64,000 nucleotides of DNA from Deltaproteobacteria bacterium (lineage in GTDB: Bacteria; Desulfobacterota; Binatia; DP-6): positions 11,932 to 75,931 of the forward strand of contig VBKG01000327.1 in NCBI GenBank assembly GCA_005879585.1, in the 5' to 3' direction. Both the position numbers and the translations under genes were made by a program. Each line of letters opens with the position of its first letter. Within the stretch, counting starts at the first letter, position 1. Shown here one piece after another: positions 52,973-62,662 of the stretch. The notes under the pieces are model-generated. The model had not been told where the DNA came from. It saw only the letters and a program-made list of their open reading frames with translations, and ran no database searches.

Positions 52973-55900
52973 ATGCGAATCGTGCGCCGCGTGCTCGCCG
53001 TCGTCGGCGCGCTGTTCGTCCTCCTGATCGTCACGCTCTGGACGGCGAGCCGTTTCGGCGTCGTGCAGGAGCTGGTGCGGACGCGGCTCCTCGACATCCT
53101 GCGCACGAGCCTCGACGCGCAGATCGACCTCGGCGGCGTCGGCGGCACCCTCGGCCGCTCGCTCGTGCTGCGCGACTTCCGGATCGCCGTGGCGGGCCAC
53201 AACGTCGTGCGGGCCCCGCGGGTGGAGGTCGTCTATGCGCTGCTGCCGCTCGTCCGCGGCCGTCTGGTCGTGCGCCGGTTCACCCTGGTGGCGCCGCGCG
53301 TGCGCCTCGTCAGTGAGCACGGCGCGTGGCGGCTGCCGCGTCCCGCCGAACGGCACAGCGGGTCGTCGCGGACGGCGCTCGACGTGCGGACCTTCGAGAT
53401 CCGCGACGGCCGCATCGCCGTCATGCAGCTCGACGCGTCCACCCCGCGACGCTTCGCCGCGACCGCGGTCGCGCTCACGGCGGGCGCGGCGATCGACGCG
53501 CGCCATTCCGAGGTCACGATCCGTGACTTGCGCTTCACCCCACGCGGCATCGCGGTCACGCCGGTCCGCGCCTCTGGCACCGTCGCGAGGGAGAGCGGTG
53601 GGGCGGTTCACGTCGTGGATCTTCGCCTGGCGACGGCGCGCACGCGGCTCGACGCGCGGGCAGACGTCGTCCCGGGCCGCCAGGTGCGCGGGCATGTCGG
53701 GCTCCTGCTCGACGCCGCGGAGCTGCGGGCCGTCGTGCCGGCAAGTCGCCTCACGACGAACGTCGACGTCAGGGCCGAGGCGTCGGGTCCGTGGCACGCC
53801 GCCGACTTCGGCGTGCGCGCCGACGGCGGCGCCGCGGGCCGCGTGCACGCGCGCGCGCTGGTCGACCTCGATCACCGGGCTTACGCTGCGCGCGCCGAGC
53901 TCGCGGCGGTCGACCCGGCCGCCGCGGTGCCGGGGCTCGTGCGCGGACCGATCAATGGACGCGTGCATGCACGCGGTCGCGGAGTCGGGCTCGGGGATCC
54001 GGTGAGCTATCGCGTCGGGCTCGCGCGCTCGGAGGTCGCGGGCCATGCCGTCGGCCGAGCCATCCTTGGCGGCCGCGGCGCGCACGGCGTCCACCGTGCC
54101 CGCGGCCGCGTCGTCGCCGCCGCCGGCGAGACCCGGCTCCGCGGGCGCCTCGTCACCGGCGCGACGCCGGCATACCGCCTCGCCGCGCGCCTGCGTCTCG
54201 ACCGCCTTGACGATCTCGCGCCGCGCCTGCCGGGCTGGATCGCGGCCGAGGCGCGCGTCGCCGGCCGCGGGTTCGACACGCCCCGCCGGCACGTCGACGC
54301 GGACGTGCGGCTCATCGGCGCCTCGCTCCACGGCGTCGAGGTGCACGACGGCGAGCTCCGTGCGCGGCTCGACGGCAACAACCTGCGCCTCGAGACTGCG
54401 GAGCTGACGGGCAACGGGACGACGGTGCGCGCGACCGGCACGGCCGACCTCGAGCGGCGAGCGATCGACGTCACGCTCGACGCCAGCGCGAACCTGCGAT
54501 CCGTGGGCGAGCGGCTGGGGATACCGCTCGGCGGTGCCGCGACGTTCGACGCGACCGCCCGCGGGCCTCTGACGGCGGTCGCCGTGGAGGCAAGCACCGA
54601 TGTCCAGGCGCCCGCCTACGGCGCCGTGAACGCCGGCCACGCGAGGGCCCGGGTCGAGGCGACCGGTCTCGGCGGGACGCGACCGAGCGGTACGGTCAGG
54701 ATCGCCGTGACCGAGGCGCAGGTCCGCGCGTACCGGCGGCACACGATCGACGCCAGCCTCGACTGGGAGCGCGCGGACGGCGCCGACCGCGCGCGCGTCG
54801 ACGCGACGGCAACGGGCGATGAGGGCCCGCCCGACCGGCTGGCGGCGACGCTGGCGCGCAGCGGCGAGACGACGACGGTCGCGCTCCGGGAGCTGCTCGC
54901 GACCCCGCCCGGCGGCGTGCCATGGCATCTCCTGCGTCCGGCCACCGTGACGGTCTCGCCCGAGGCGGTGACCACGGACAGCGTCGCGCTCGCGGCCGAT
55001 GCGCAGCGCATCACGCTCGGAGGTCGTATCGGGTTCAGGGGAGCGAGCGACGCGTCCCTGCAGATCGCCGGCCTGGACATCGCGCCGCTCTGCGCGGCCG
55101 CGAGTGACCATACCTGCGGCGGGACGGTGTCCGTCGCGGCGCGCATCGCAGGCAAGGCCGAGGCCCCTCGCCTGACAGCCGACGTCCGATCGGACGCGCT
55201 CCGCGCGGCCGACGTCGACCTCGGTACACTCGTCGTCGACGCCCGTTACGAGGAACGTCAGACGACCCTGCATGCGCGTCTCCAACACCCGGATACGGGC
55301 GAGGTCCGTGCCGACGGAACCGTGCCCTTCGATCTGGCGTGGGCGGGCCCTCGGCGTGACACCTCGGAAGAGCCCCTCGCACTCCGCGCGCGCGCGGACC
55401 GGTTGGATCTGCGCATCGCCCACGCGCTCGCACCGACGCAGGTACGCAACGCCGCCGGACGTCTGACGCTCGACGCACAGGTCACCGGCACGCGCACCGC
55501 GCCGCGCGCCGAAGGCCGGGGGACGGTGGCAGACGGACGCCTCGAGCTCGCCGCGACGGGCGCGGCCTACGACGACATCCGCGCCGAGCTGGCTGCTGCG
55601 GGAACCGTCCTCGAGATTCGGACACTGCACGCCCGAGGCGGCGACGGCACGCTCGACGCCTCCGGGCACATCGACCTCACCGCTGCCCGCACGGTCGACG
55701 TCCGCGCGGAGCTCGCGGACTTCTTCGCCGTCCGCCGCCCCGAGCTCGAAGCGGCACTCGGCGGTACGGTACGTGTGGGCGGCACCGCCGGCGCCCCCGA
55801 CGTGCGCGCGGATCTGGAGGTGGACCGTGCGATCGTCCGGCCGGCCGCGCTGCCGACGCAGGACGGCGCCGCGAAGCCCGACCCGTCGATCGTCGTCATA

Positions 55901-56671
55901 TCAGACGGCGAGCCGCGAGCGGCGTCGGCGGAGCTGCCGTCGGTGGCGCGCGCGGTCAAGCTCGGGGTCACCGTGCGCATCGAGCGCAATGCCTGGGTAC
56001 GGCGGACCGATGCGGACATCGAGCTCGGCGGCGATCTGAAGATCACCAAGGCGCCCGACGAGGGTGTCCAGATCGTCGGCACGATCCGTCTCCTGCGTGG
56101 CTGGTACGTTTTCCAGGGCCGCCGTTTCACCCTCGACGAGGGCACGATCACGTTCACCGGTGTCACGCCGGCGAACCCGAGCTTCGACATCACCGCGGTG
56201 TTCAAGAATCCCAACTACCGCGTCACGATCCACGTGGGCGGGACGAGTCAGAAACCGGAGCTCACGCTGTCCTCCGATCCGCCGCTCGAGCAGGCCGACA
56301 TCCTCTCGGTCATCATCTTCGGCAAGCCCGCGCGCGACCTCGGCAAGGGAGAGAGCATCGCCCTCCAGCAGCAGGCGCTGCAGCTGGCCTCGGGCTACGT
56401 CATGCCGGAGCTGCGAGCGTCCGTCATGGACGCGCTCGGCCTCGACACGCTCGACGTCGAGATGCCGCAAGGCACTGATCGCCGCGGCCGGGTGAGCGTC
56501 GGCCGGTACGTGGCCGGCGACGTGTTCGTCTCGCTCGCCCAGGAGTTTGGCGCGCGCGCAGGCGAAGCGGTGGGGGTCGAGTACGGCCTCACCCCGGAGA
56601 TCTCCATCAAGGGCTCGACGTCGACGCGTGGCGACAGCGCGATCGACGTGTTCTGGCACCGGCGCTACTGA
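52973..56671 (+). CDS. tamB: Translocation/assembly module TamB (AsmA-like)
   Basis: N-terminal TM anchor, long beta-repeat body, LSSDPPLEQADILSVIIFG, VSVGRYV...VEYGLT. Confidence 0.88.
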   Translation: MRIVRRVLAVVGALFVLLIVTLWTASRFGVVQELVRTRLLDILRTSLDAQIDLGGVGGTLGRSLVLRDFRIAVAGHNVVRAPRVEVVYALLPLVRGRLVVRRFTLVAPRVRLVSEHGAWRLPRPAERHSGSSRTALDVRTFEIRDGRIAVMQLDASTPRRFAATAVALTAGAAIDARHSEVTIRDLRFTPRGIAVTPVRASGTVARESGGAVHVVDLRLATARTRLDARADVVPGRQVRGHVGLLLDAAELRAVVPASRLTTNVDVRAEASGPWHAADFGVRADGGAAGRVHARALVDLDHRAYAARAELAAVDPAAAVPGLVRGPINGRVHARGRGVGLGDPVSYRVGLARSEVAGHAVGRAILGGRGAHGVHRARGRVVAAAGETRLRGRLVTGATPAYRLAARLRLDRLDDLAPRLPGWIAAEARVAGRGFDTPRRHVDADVRLIGASLHGVEVHDGELRARLDGNNLRLETAELTGNGTTVRATGTADLERRAIDVTLDASANLRSVGERLGIPLGGAATFDATARGPLTAVAVEASTDVQAPAYGAVNAGHARARVEATGLGGTRPSGTVRIAVTEAQVRAYRRHTIDASLDWERADGADRARVDATATGDEGPPDRLAATLARSGETTTVALRELLATPPGGVPWHLLRPATVTVSPEAVTTDSVALAADAQRITLGGRIGFRGASDASLQIAGLDIAPLCAAASDHTCGGTVSVAARIAGKAEAPRLTADVRSDALRAADVDLGTLVVDARYEERQTTLHARLQHPDTGEVRADGTVPFDLAWAGPRRDTSEEPLALRARADRLDLRIAHALAPTQVRNAAGRLTLDAQVTGTRTAPRAEGRGTVADGRLELAATGAAYDDIRAELAAAGTVLEIRTLHARGGDGTLDASGHIDLTAARTVDVRAELADFFAVRRPELEAALGGTVRVGGTAGAPDVRADLEVDRAIVRPAALPTQDGAAKPDPSIVVISDGEPRAASAELPSVARAVKLGVTVRIERNAWVRRTDADIELGGDLKITKAPDEGVQIVGTIRLLRGWYVFQGRRFTLDEGTITFTGVTPANPSFDITAVFKNPNYRVTIHVGGTSQKPELTLSSDPPLEQADILSVIIFGKPARDLGKGESIALQQQALQLASGYVMPELRASVMDALGLDTLDVEMPQGTDRRGRVSVGRYVAGDVFVSLAQEFGARAGEAVGVEYGLTPEISIKGSTSTRGDSAIDVFWHRRY

Positions 56672-57390
56672 TCGACGGGGCGCGCGTCGCGCAGCAGCTC
56701 GGCGGCGGCGGCCCGGTCGATGATCCAGGACACGCGCGGCGACGGCCGGACGAGCTGTGCCGGCACGCGCTGCGCGTCCTCGGGCCCAAGAAGCGCCGCC
56801 GCGAGAGCACCCGCTTTCCGCGCGCCGGTCGCAACGACGACCACTCGATGCGCCGCCGCGAGCACCGGCGGCGTGATCGTCACCCGCGCGACGAGCGGCT
56901 CCTCCGTCACCTCGTTCACCGACACCGCCGCAACGGGCACCGTTGCCGCCAGGGCCCGGCAGCCGGGCATCAGTGACGCCACGTGCCCGTTGGTACCGAC
57001 GCCGAGCAGCACGGCATCGAAAACCGTGTCGTCGAGCGCCGTCGCGTATCGTGCGGCGATGGCCTCGGGGTCGACGAGCTCGACGGGCGGCGGATGGATC
57101 CGCGCCGCCGGGACGCCACGCGGCCCGAGCAGCGACTCGCGTGCGGAGCGCACGTTGCTGCGGGGATCGTCGGGCGGCACGCAGCGCTCGTCCCCCCAGT
57201 ACCATTCGATGCGGTCCCACGGCATGTCGGTGCGAGCCGCGAGTGCGACCGTCACGCCATGCCCGCCGCGGCCGCCGGAGAGCGCCACGGTGGCGCGGCC
57301 GCGGCTCGCCGCCGCGCGCAACGTTTCCGCGACGAGCTCGGCCGCGGCAGCGAACGCCGCGGCGTCGGTCTCATAGATGTCGACGTCCAC
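56665..57390 (-). CDS. pgl: 6-phosphogluconolactonase
   Basis: VALSGG, WGDERCVPPDDPRSN, LLGVGTNGHVASL, RVTIT. Confidence 0.93.
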   Translation of the reverse strand: MDVDIYETDAAAFAAAAELVAETLRAAASRGRATVALSGGRGGHGVTVALAARTDMPWDRIEWYWGDERCVPPDDPRSNVRSARESLLGPRGVPAARIHPPPVELVDPEAIAARYATALDDTVFDAVLLGVGTNGHVASLMPGCRALAATVPVAAVSVNEVTEEPLVARVTITPPVLAAAHRVVVVATGARKAGALAAALLGPEDAQRVPAQLVRPSPRVSWIIDRAAAAELLRDARPVDQ

Positions 57391-57465
57391 CTCGCCGTCT
57401 TAGCGGATCGGCGTCGGGGCGGCGACCGCGTTGACGGCCGCCGAGGCCGGGTATAGCGCGGAGGC

Positions 57466-58305
57466 ATGCCGCCGGTGGCGCTTACCATCGCGGGCTCGGA
57501 TCCGGGAGGCGCCGCGGGTCTTCAGGCGGACCTGAAGACGTTCCACGCCTTCGGGGTCTACGGCGCGAGCGTCGTGACGGCGCTCACCGCGCAGGACACC
57601 ACGGCCGTGCACGCGATCCTGCACGTCGACCCGCGCTTCGTCGGCGCGCAGCTCGATGCGGTGCTCGCCGATCTGCCGGTCGCGGCGGCGAAGACCGGCA
57701 TGTTCGGTCGCGCCGCCACCGTCGAGGTCGTGAGCGCGCGCCTCGCGGCACACCCCGTCGCGCATCTCGTCGTCGACCCGGTCCTGTTCGCGACCGCCGG
57801 TCAGACGTTGACCGAACCGGCGGCGGTCGATGTGCTGCGGCGAACGCTCCTGCCGCTCGCGACGCTCGTCACACCGAACCTCGCCGAAGCCGCCGCCCTC
57901 ACCGGCCGGCCCGTCCACGACGTCGCCGGCATGCGCGATGCGGCACGTGCGCTCGTCGACCTGGGCGTCCGCGCGGCGCTCGTCACCGGCGGCCACCTGC
58001 CCGGAGCGCCGGTCGACGTTTTGTGCGCCGACGGCGCGCTGCATGAGCTCGGCGGTCCGCGCGTCGGCGAACGCCCGGCACACGGTGCGGGGTGCACGCT
58101 GTCCGCGGCGATCACGGCCGGCCTCGCGATGGGCTTCACGCTCGCCGACGCCGTCGCTCGCGCGCAGCGCTACGTGCATCGCGCGCTCGCGTCGGCGCCC
58201 CCGATCGGACGCGGGTCCGCGCCGCTGAACCATCTCGTCACGCCGGAGCGAGGTAACGACGAATGCACGCCGCACCGTATTGCACCGCCATCGGCGCGCT
58301 GCTAA
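57466..58305 (+). CDS. thiD: Hydroxymethylpyrimidine/phosphomethylpyrimidine kinase
   Basis: ALTIAGSDPGGAAGLQADLKTF, KTGM, VVDPV, TPNLAEA, HGAGCTLSAAI. Confidence 0.94.
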   Translation: MPPVALTIAGSDPGGAAGLQADLKTFHAFGVYGASVVTALTAQDTTAVHAILHVDPRFVGAQLDAVLADLPVAAAKTGMFGRAATVEVVSARLAAHPVAHLVVDPVLFATAGQTLTEPAAVDVLRRTLLPLATLVTPNLAEAAALTGRPVHDVAGMRDAARALVDLGVRAALVTGGHLPGAPVDVLCADGALHELGGPRVGERPAHGAGCTLSAAITAGLAMGFTLADAVARAQRYVHRALASAPPIGRGSAPLNHLVTPERGNDECTPHRIAPPSARC

Positions 58306-58318
58306 GCACCGAGCGGGC

Positions 58319-58639
58319 ATGGGACGGAAACTGTTCGTCGGCAATCTCGCTTACGGAGTGACCGACGACGACCTGCAGCAGCTTTTCTCCCAGGCCGGCA
58401 CGTGCGAGTCGGCGTCCGTGGTGGCGGACCGTGAGACCGGGCAGTCGCGCGGCTTCGCGTTCGTGATGATGGCGAGCGCCGACGATGCGGAGCGCGCGCG
58501 CAAGCAGCTCGACGGGACGGATTTGAAGGGGCGTCGCCTGCGCGTAGACGAAGCGAACGACCAGTCGACGCCGGGCGCCCGCGCGCGACGTCCGGGCGGA
58601 AGAGGTCCGGGCGGCGCCTCCGAACGCCACCGGCCGTAG
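58319..58639 (+). CDS. RRM-domain RNA-binding protein with Gly/Arg-rich tail
   Basis: RNP2 LFVGNL, RNP1 RGFAFV, DRETGQS; TTGCAC-N17-TAAGCA upstream. Confidence 0.94.
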   Translation: MGRKLFVGNLAYGVTDDDLQQLFSQAGTCESASVVADRETGQSRGFAFVMMASADDAERARKQLDGTDLKGRRLRVDEANDQSTPGARARRPGGRGPGGASERHRP

Positions 58640-58663
58640 CGAAGGGCGCGCGCGCGCCGCGGC

Positions 58664-58692
58664 TTGACAAGATGCGCGACGGCGGTGACCAT
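58664..58692 (+). promoter_or_regulatory. Putative leaderless promoter of yqgE
   Basis: TTGACA-N17-GACCAT-N6-ATG. Confidence 0.65.
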
Positions 58693-58698
58693 CCGCGC

Positions 58699-59265
58699 AT
58701 GCCCCAGGGCGACTCGTTCGCGCCGACCCTGTTGATCGCGATGCCGCAGCTGCAGGACAAGAACTTCACCCGCAGCGTGATTCTCCTCTGCGAGCACAGC
58801 GGCAACGGTGCGATCGGCTTCGTCGTCAACCGACCGACGGATCTCCGCGCCGCGCAGGCCGTCGCGCTCGATCCGCCGGTGCAAGGCGACAGCGGGCTCA
58901 TGCTGTGGAGCGGCGGGCCCGTCGAGCCGCAACGCGGATTTCTCCTGCTCGGCGACGACCCGGGCGTCGACAACTCGGAGCAGATCGCGGACGGGTTCCA
59001 TTTGACCGCCTCGGTCGACGTGCTGCGCCGCCTCCTGGAGGTCAGCCCCGACGAGCTCGCCCATCGGCGTTGCCGGCTGCTCCTCGGATACGCCGGATGG
59101 TCCGCCGGGCAGCTCGATCGCGAGCTCGCCGCCTCGGCGTGGCTGTCGGCGCCGCCGGATGCGGGTCTGGTCTTCGAGTCGGCGCCGGAAGACATGTGGG
59201 AGCGGGCGATACGGAGCCTCGGGGTGGATCCGATGGCGCTCACGCTTGGGCCCGGGGTGCAGTAG
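58699..59265 (+). CDS. YqgE/AlgH family protein
   Basis: LLIAMPQLQDKNFTRSVILLCEH, GGPV, GYAGWSAGQLDREL. Confidence 0.94.
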   Translation: MPQGDSFAPTLLIAMPQLQDKNFTRSVILLCEHSGNGAIGFVVNRPTDLRAAQAVALDPPVQGDSGLMLWSGGPVEPQRGFLLLGDDPGVDNSEQIADGFHLTASVDVLRRLLEVSPDELAHRRCRLLLGYAGWSAGQLDRELAASAWLSAPPDAGLVFESAPEDMWERAIRSLGVDPMALTLGPGVQ

Positions 59266-59274
59266 GCGCGGGGT

Positions 59275-59402
59275 GGCGGGACGGGGCGCCGCCGCGGCTC
59301 GCGGTCCTCGCTCCACGCGCGACTCGTAGGCCGAAACGTCCCCCCGAAGCTGCAGGCGCGCGCGGGAGCTGCGGGCTCGCCTCGGCGGCGCCCCGTCCCG
59401 CC
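59275..59402. repeat. 128-bp element bounded by perfect 20-bp inverted repeats (MITE/REP-like)
   Basis: GGCGGGACGGGGCGCCGCCG (59275-59294) / CGGCGGCGCCCCGTCCCGCC (59383-59402); interior also self-complementary. Confidence 0.75.
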
Positions 59403-59478
59403 TTACACGCGCGTCTGCATCGCGTGCGCTGCGTGCCGTCCGGGGCGCGCGAGGCTGCGGACCGCCGAAGGTGCGTTT

Positions 59479-62400
59479 TTAGAGCTGGGCGGCGCGGGTT
59501 GGGCGGGGGGACGAGGGGGACTCGACGGCGGCGACCTGTGCCTCGGATCGGCGGGGGCGCAGCCGTTGCATGCGGGCGGTGAGGGCGGTGAGCCACGCGG
59601 GACGGAGGGTGCGGAGGTCGTCGAAGAGGGAGTAGGCGACCGGGGTGATGAGGAGTGTGATCAGCAGCGAGAGCGCCTGGCCGCCGACGATGACGCGGGC
59701 GATCGAGCCGCGTGAGCCGGAGCCCGGACCCTGCCCGAGCGCGATCGGCATCATGCCGAAGATCAGCATGACTGTGGTCATCAGAATCGGCCGCAGACGT
59801 ACGCGATTGGCTTGCCGGATGGCCTCGTCGCGCGGCACGCCGCGCGCGCGGAGCGTGTTCGTGTAGTCGATCTGCAGGATGCCGTTCTTCTTGACGATGC
59901 CGAAGAGCATGAAGAGACCGAGCATGCTGTACACGTTGAGCGCCTCGCCGAGCCACATGAGCGAGAGGAGCGCGAACGGCACCGTCAGCGGCAGCGCCAG
60001 CATGATGGTGACGGGGTGCACGAAGCTCTCGAACTGCGCGGCGAGCACCATGTACATGAACACGATGCTCAGGCCGAAGGCGAGCAGGAAGTTGATGTTG
60101 CTCTCGGCGAGCGTCTTGGCGCGCCCCGTCCACTGCACGTTGTAGAGCGGCGGCATGTCGAGCTGCGCCGCGACGCGGTTCACGTGCGCGACGGCCGTGG
60201 CGAGCGGCAGCTCGGGCAGCAGGTTGGCGACGATCGTGACCGCCCGCTGCCGGTTGACGCGGTCGATCTCGGCCGGCCCGACGTCTTCGCTCAAGCGCAC
60301 GAGGTTCCGGAGTCGGACGAGCGCGCCGCCGCGGGCTCGGACCGTGAGGTCGCCGACGTCCTCCGGCGTGCGCCGGTGGCCGGCCTCCGCGCGCAGCCAG
60401 ATGTCGTACTGCTCGTCCGCCTCCTTATACTTAGAGATCGGCTGACCGGCGACGTAGGTCTGGACCGTCGCAGCGATGTCCTGGACGTTGATCCCCTGGT
60501 CCGACGCCTTCTCACGGTCGATCAGCAAGCGCAGCTCCGGCGTCCGGACGGCCAGCGTCGTGTCGACGTCGACGAGGCCCGGCAGCTCGCGCATGCCCGC
60601 CATGAGGCGGTCGGCGTAGGTCTGGAGGCGGCCGAGATCGGGACCACGGAGGTTGAGCTCGACGTCGGAGAGCCGCTGTCCACCCGTGGAGAACGGGTTC
60701 ACGCCCTGGACGCTGGCGCGCAGGTCCGGGTATTCGGTGAGCAGGCGGCGCGCGTCGGCCATGACGTCGAACTGCGAGAAGCGCCGCGCGCGCAGGTCGA
60801 CCATGCGCGCGTAGATCGATCCGCTGGTCACGTCGCCTTCGCCGGCCTTCACCCGTCCCGACGTGTCGCCGATCGTCGCCAGCACGTCCGTGACGCCGCG
60901 GAGCGCGCGCACCCGGTGCTCGATCTCCGCGAACAGGCGCGACGTCTCGGCGAGCGTGAAGCCGCCCGGTGTGCGGATCGAGATCTCGAACTCGCTCTGG
61001 TCGTCCTGCGGCAGGAACGTCTTCCCGACCCGGCCGAAGAGCGGTCCGGTGGCGAGGACGATCGCGATGGCGACGAGCACGATCACCCAGCGATGGCGGA
61101 GCGACCAGGCCAGCACGCGCCCGTACCCGCGCTCGACGAGGCGGTAGAGCCGGCCGCCTTCCGACGCGTGGCCACCGCGCCGCCGCAGCATCCGGGCGCT
61201 GAGCGACGGGGTCAGCGTGAAGGAGACGAGGAGCGACACGAAGATCGCCACCGCCACCGTCAGGCCGAAGCTGTGGAAGAAGCGCCCCACGCGGCCGGCC
61301 ATGAAGGCCACGGGCAGGAAGATGATGATGAGCGAGAGCGTCGTTGCCATGACGGCGAGCGCGATCTCCGCCGTGCCCACCGACGCCGCCTGCCGCGGCG
61401 GCATCCCCTCCTCTTCCACGTGACGGTAGATGTTCTCGAGCACCACCACGGCGTCGTCGATCACGATGCCGACGGCGAGCACGAGCGCGAGCATGGTGAC
61501 GTTGTTCAGCGTGAAGCCCATGTAGCGCATGAAGGTGAAGGTCGAGATCACCGACGTGGGAATCGCGATGCTCGCCACCACCGTGCTGCGCCAGTCGCGC
61601 ATGAAGAGGAGAACGGTCAGCGCAACCAGGATCGCGCCGAGCCACATGTGGACGCGGACCGTCTCGATCGACGCCTTGATGAACCGCGACTGGTCGCGGA
61701 TGCCGCGCATCTCGATGTCCGCGGGCAGCACCGCCCGGAGGCGGTCGAGCTCCGCCTGCACCCGGTCGATCACCTCGACGGTGTTCGTGCCGGACTGCTT
61801 GCGGACGACGAGCTGGACGGCGTTCTCGCCGTTGAGACGCGACAGTGTGCGCGGCTCCACGATGCCATCCTCGGCCGTGCCGATGTCGCGCACCCGGAGC
61901 GGCCGCTCGCCCCCGCGCGCGACGATGAGGTCGCCGAACTCCGCCGCCCGCTCGACGCGGCCCATCGTACGCACGACGAGCTCCCGGCGCGTCTGGTCGA
62001 GCCGGCCGCCCGGCAGCTCCAGGTTCTGGCGCTGGATCGTTTCGCGCACCTCGCCGATCGAGAGACCCTGCGCCGTGAGGCGATCCGGATCCACCGAGAT
62101 GTTGATGGCGCGCTCCTGCCCGCCGAGCATGATGACCTGTCCGACACCGGCGAGCGTCTCGATGTCCTCCTTCACCTGCCGGCGCGCGAGCTCGGTCACC
62201 TCGCGCAGGTTCCGGCGGCCCGAGAGCGCGATGCCCATCACCGGAATCGCGTCCACGTCGAACTTGTCGATCACCGGCGGGTCCGTACCGACGGGCAGCT
62301 GCGCCAGGACGGTCGCCACCTTGTCGCGCACGTCTTGCGCCGCGGTGTCGCGCGACTTCTCGAGCACGAACTGCACGACGATGGTCGACAGGCCCTCCTT

Positions 62401-62652
62401 GGTAATGCTGCGGAGCTCGTCGATGCCGTCGATCGTGTTGACCGCCTCCTCGAGGACCTTCGTGACGCCGGTCTCCATCTCCTCGACGCTCGCGCCCTTC
62501 AGCGTGGTGGTGACCGTGACGATCGGGAAGTCGATGTTCGGGAAGAGGTCGAGCCCGAGGCTACGGTAGGAGAAGAGGCCGAACACGACCAGCGACATGA
62601 TCAGCATGGTCGCGAACACCGGGCGGCGGATGAAGACGTCGGCGAAGCGCAT
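59479..62652 (-). CDS. RND efflux permease (AcrB/HAE1 family)
   Basis: FIRRPVFA, AVGIVIDDAVVVLEN, GIVKKNGIL, RLRPILMTT. Confidence 0.97.
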   Translation of the reverse strand: MRFADVFIRRPVFATMLIMSLVVFGLFSYRSLGLDLFPNIDFPIVTVTTTLKGASVEEMETGVTKVLEEAVNTIDGIDELRSITKEGLSTIVVQFVLEKSRDTAAQDVRDKVATVLAQLPVGTDPPVIDKFDVDAIPVMGIALSGRRNLREVTELARRQVKEDIETLAGVGQVIMLGGQERAINISVDPDRLTAQGLSIGEVRETIQRQNLELPGGRLDQTRRELVVRTMGRVERAAEFGDLIVARGGERPLRVRDIGTAEDGIVEPRTLSRLNGENAVQLVVRKQSGTNTVEVIDRVQAELDRLRAVLPADIEMRGIRDQSRFIKASIETVRVHMWLGAILVALTVLLFMRDWRSTVVASIAIPTSVISTFTFMRYMGFTLNNVTMLALVLAVGIVIDDAVVVLENIYRHVEEEGMPPRQAASVGTAEIALAVMATTLSLIIIFLPVAFMAGRVGRFFHSFGLTVAVAIFVSLLVSFTLTPSLSARMLRRRGGHASEGGRLYRLVERGYGRVLAWSLRHRWVIVLVAIAIVLATGPLFGRVGKTFLPQDDQSEFEISIRTPGGFTLAETSRLFAEIEHRVRALRGVTDVLATIGDTSGRVKAGEGDVTSGSIYARMVDLRARRFSQFDVMADARRLLTEYPDLRASVQGVNPFSTGGQRLSDVELNLRGPDLGRLQTYADRLMAGMRELPGLVDVDTTLAVRTPELRLLIDREKASDQGINVQDIAATVQTYVAGQPISKYKEADEQYDIWLRAEAGHRRTPEDVGDLTVRARGGALVRLRNLVRLSEDVGPAEIDRVNRQRAVTIVANLLPELPLATAVAHVNRVAAQLDMPPLYNVQWTGRAKTLAESNINFLLAFGLSIVFMYMVLAAQFESFVHPVTIMLALPLTVPFALLSLMWLGEALNVYSMLGLFMLFGIVKKNGILQIDYTNTLRARGVPRDEAIRQANRVRLRPILMTTVMLIFGMMPIALGQGPGSGSRGSIARVIVGGQALSLLITLLITPVAYSLFDDLRTLRPAWLTALTARMQRLRPRRSEAQVAAVESPSSPRPTRAAQL

Positions 62653-62662
62653 GCGGGCCTCG

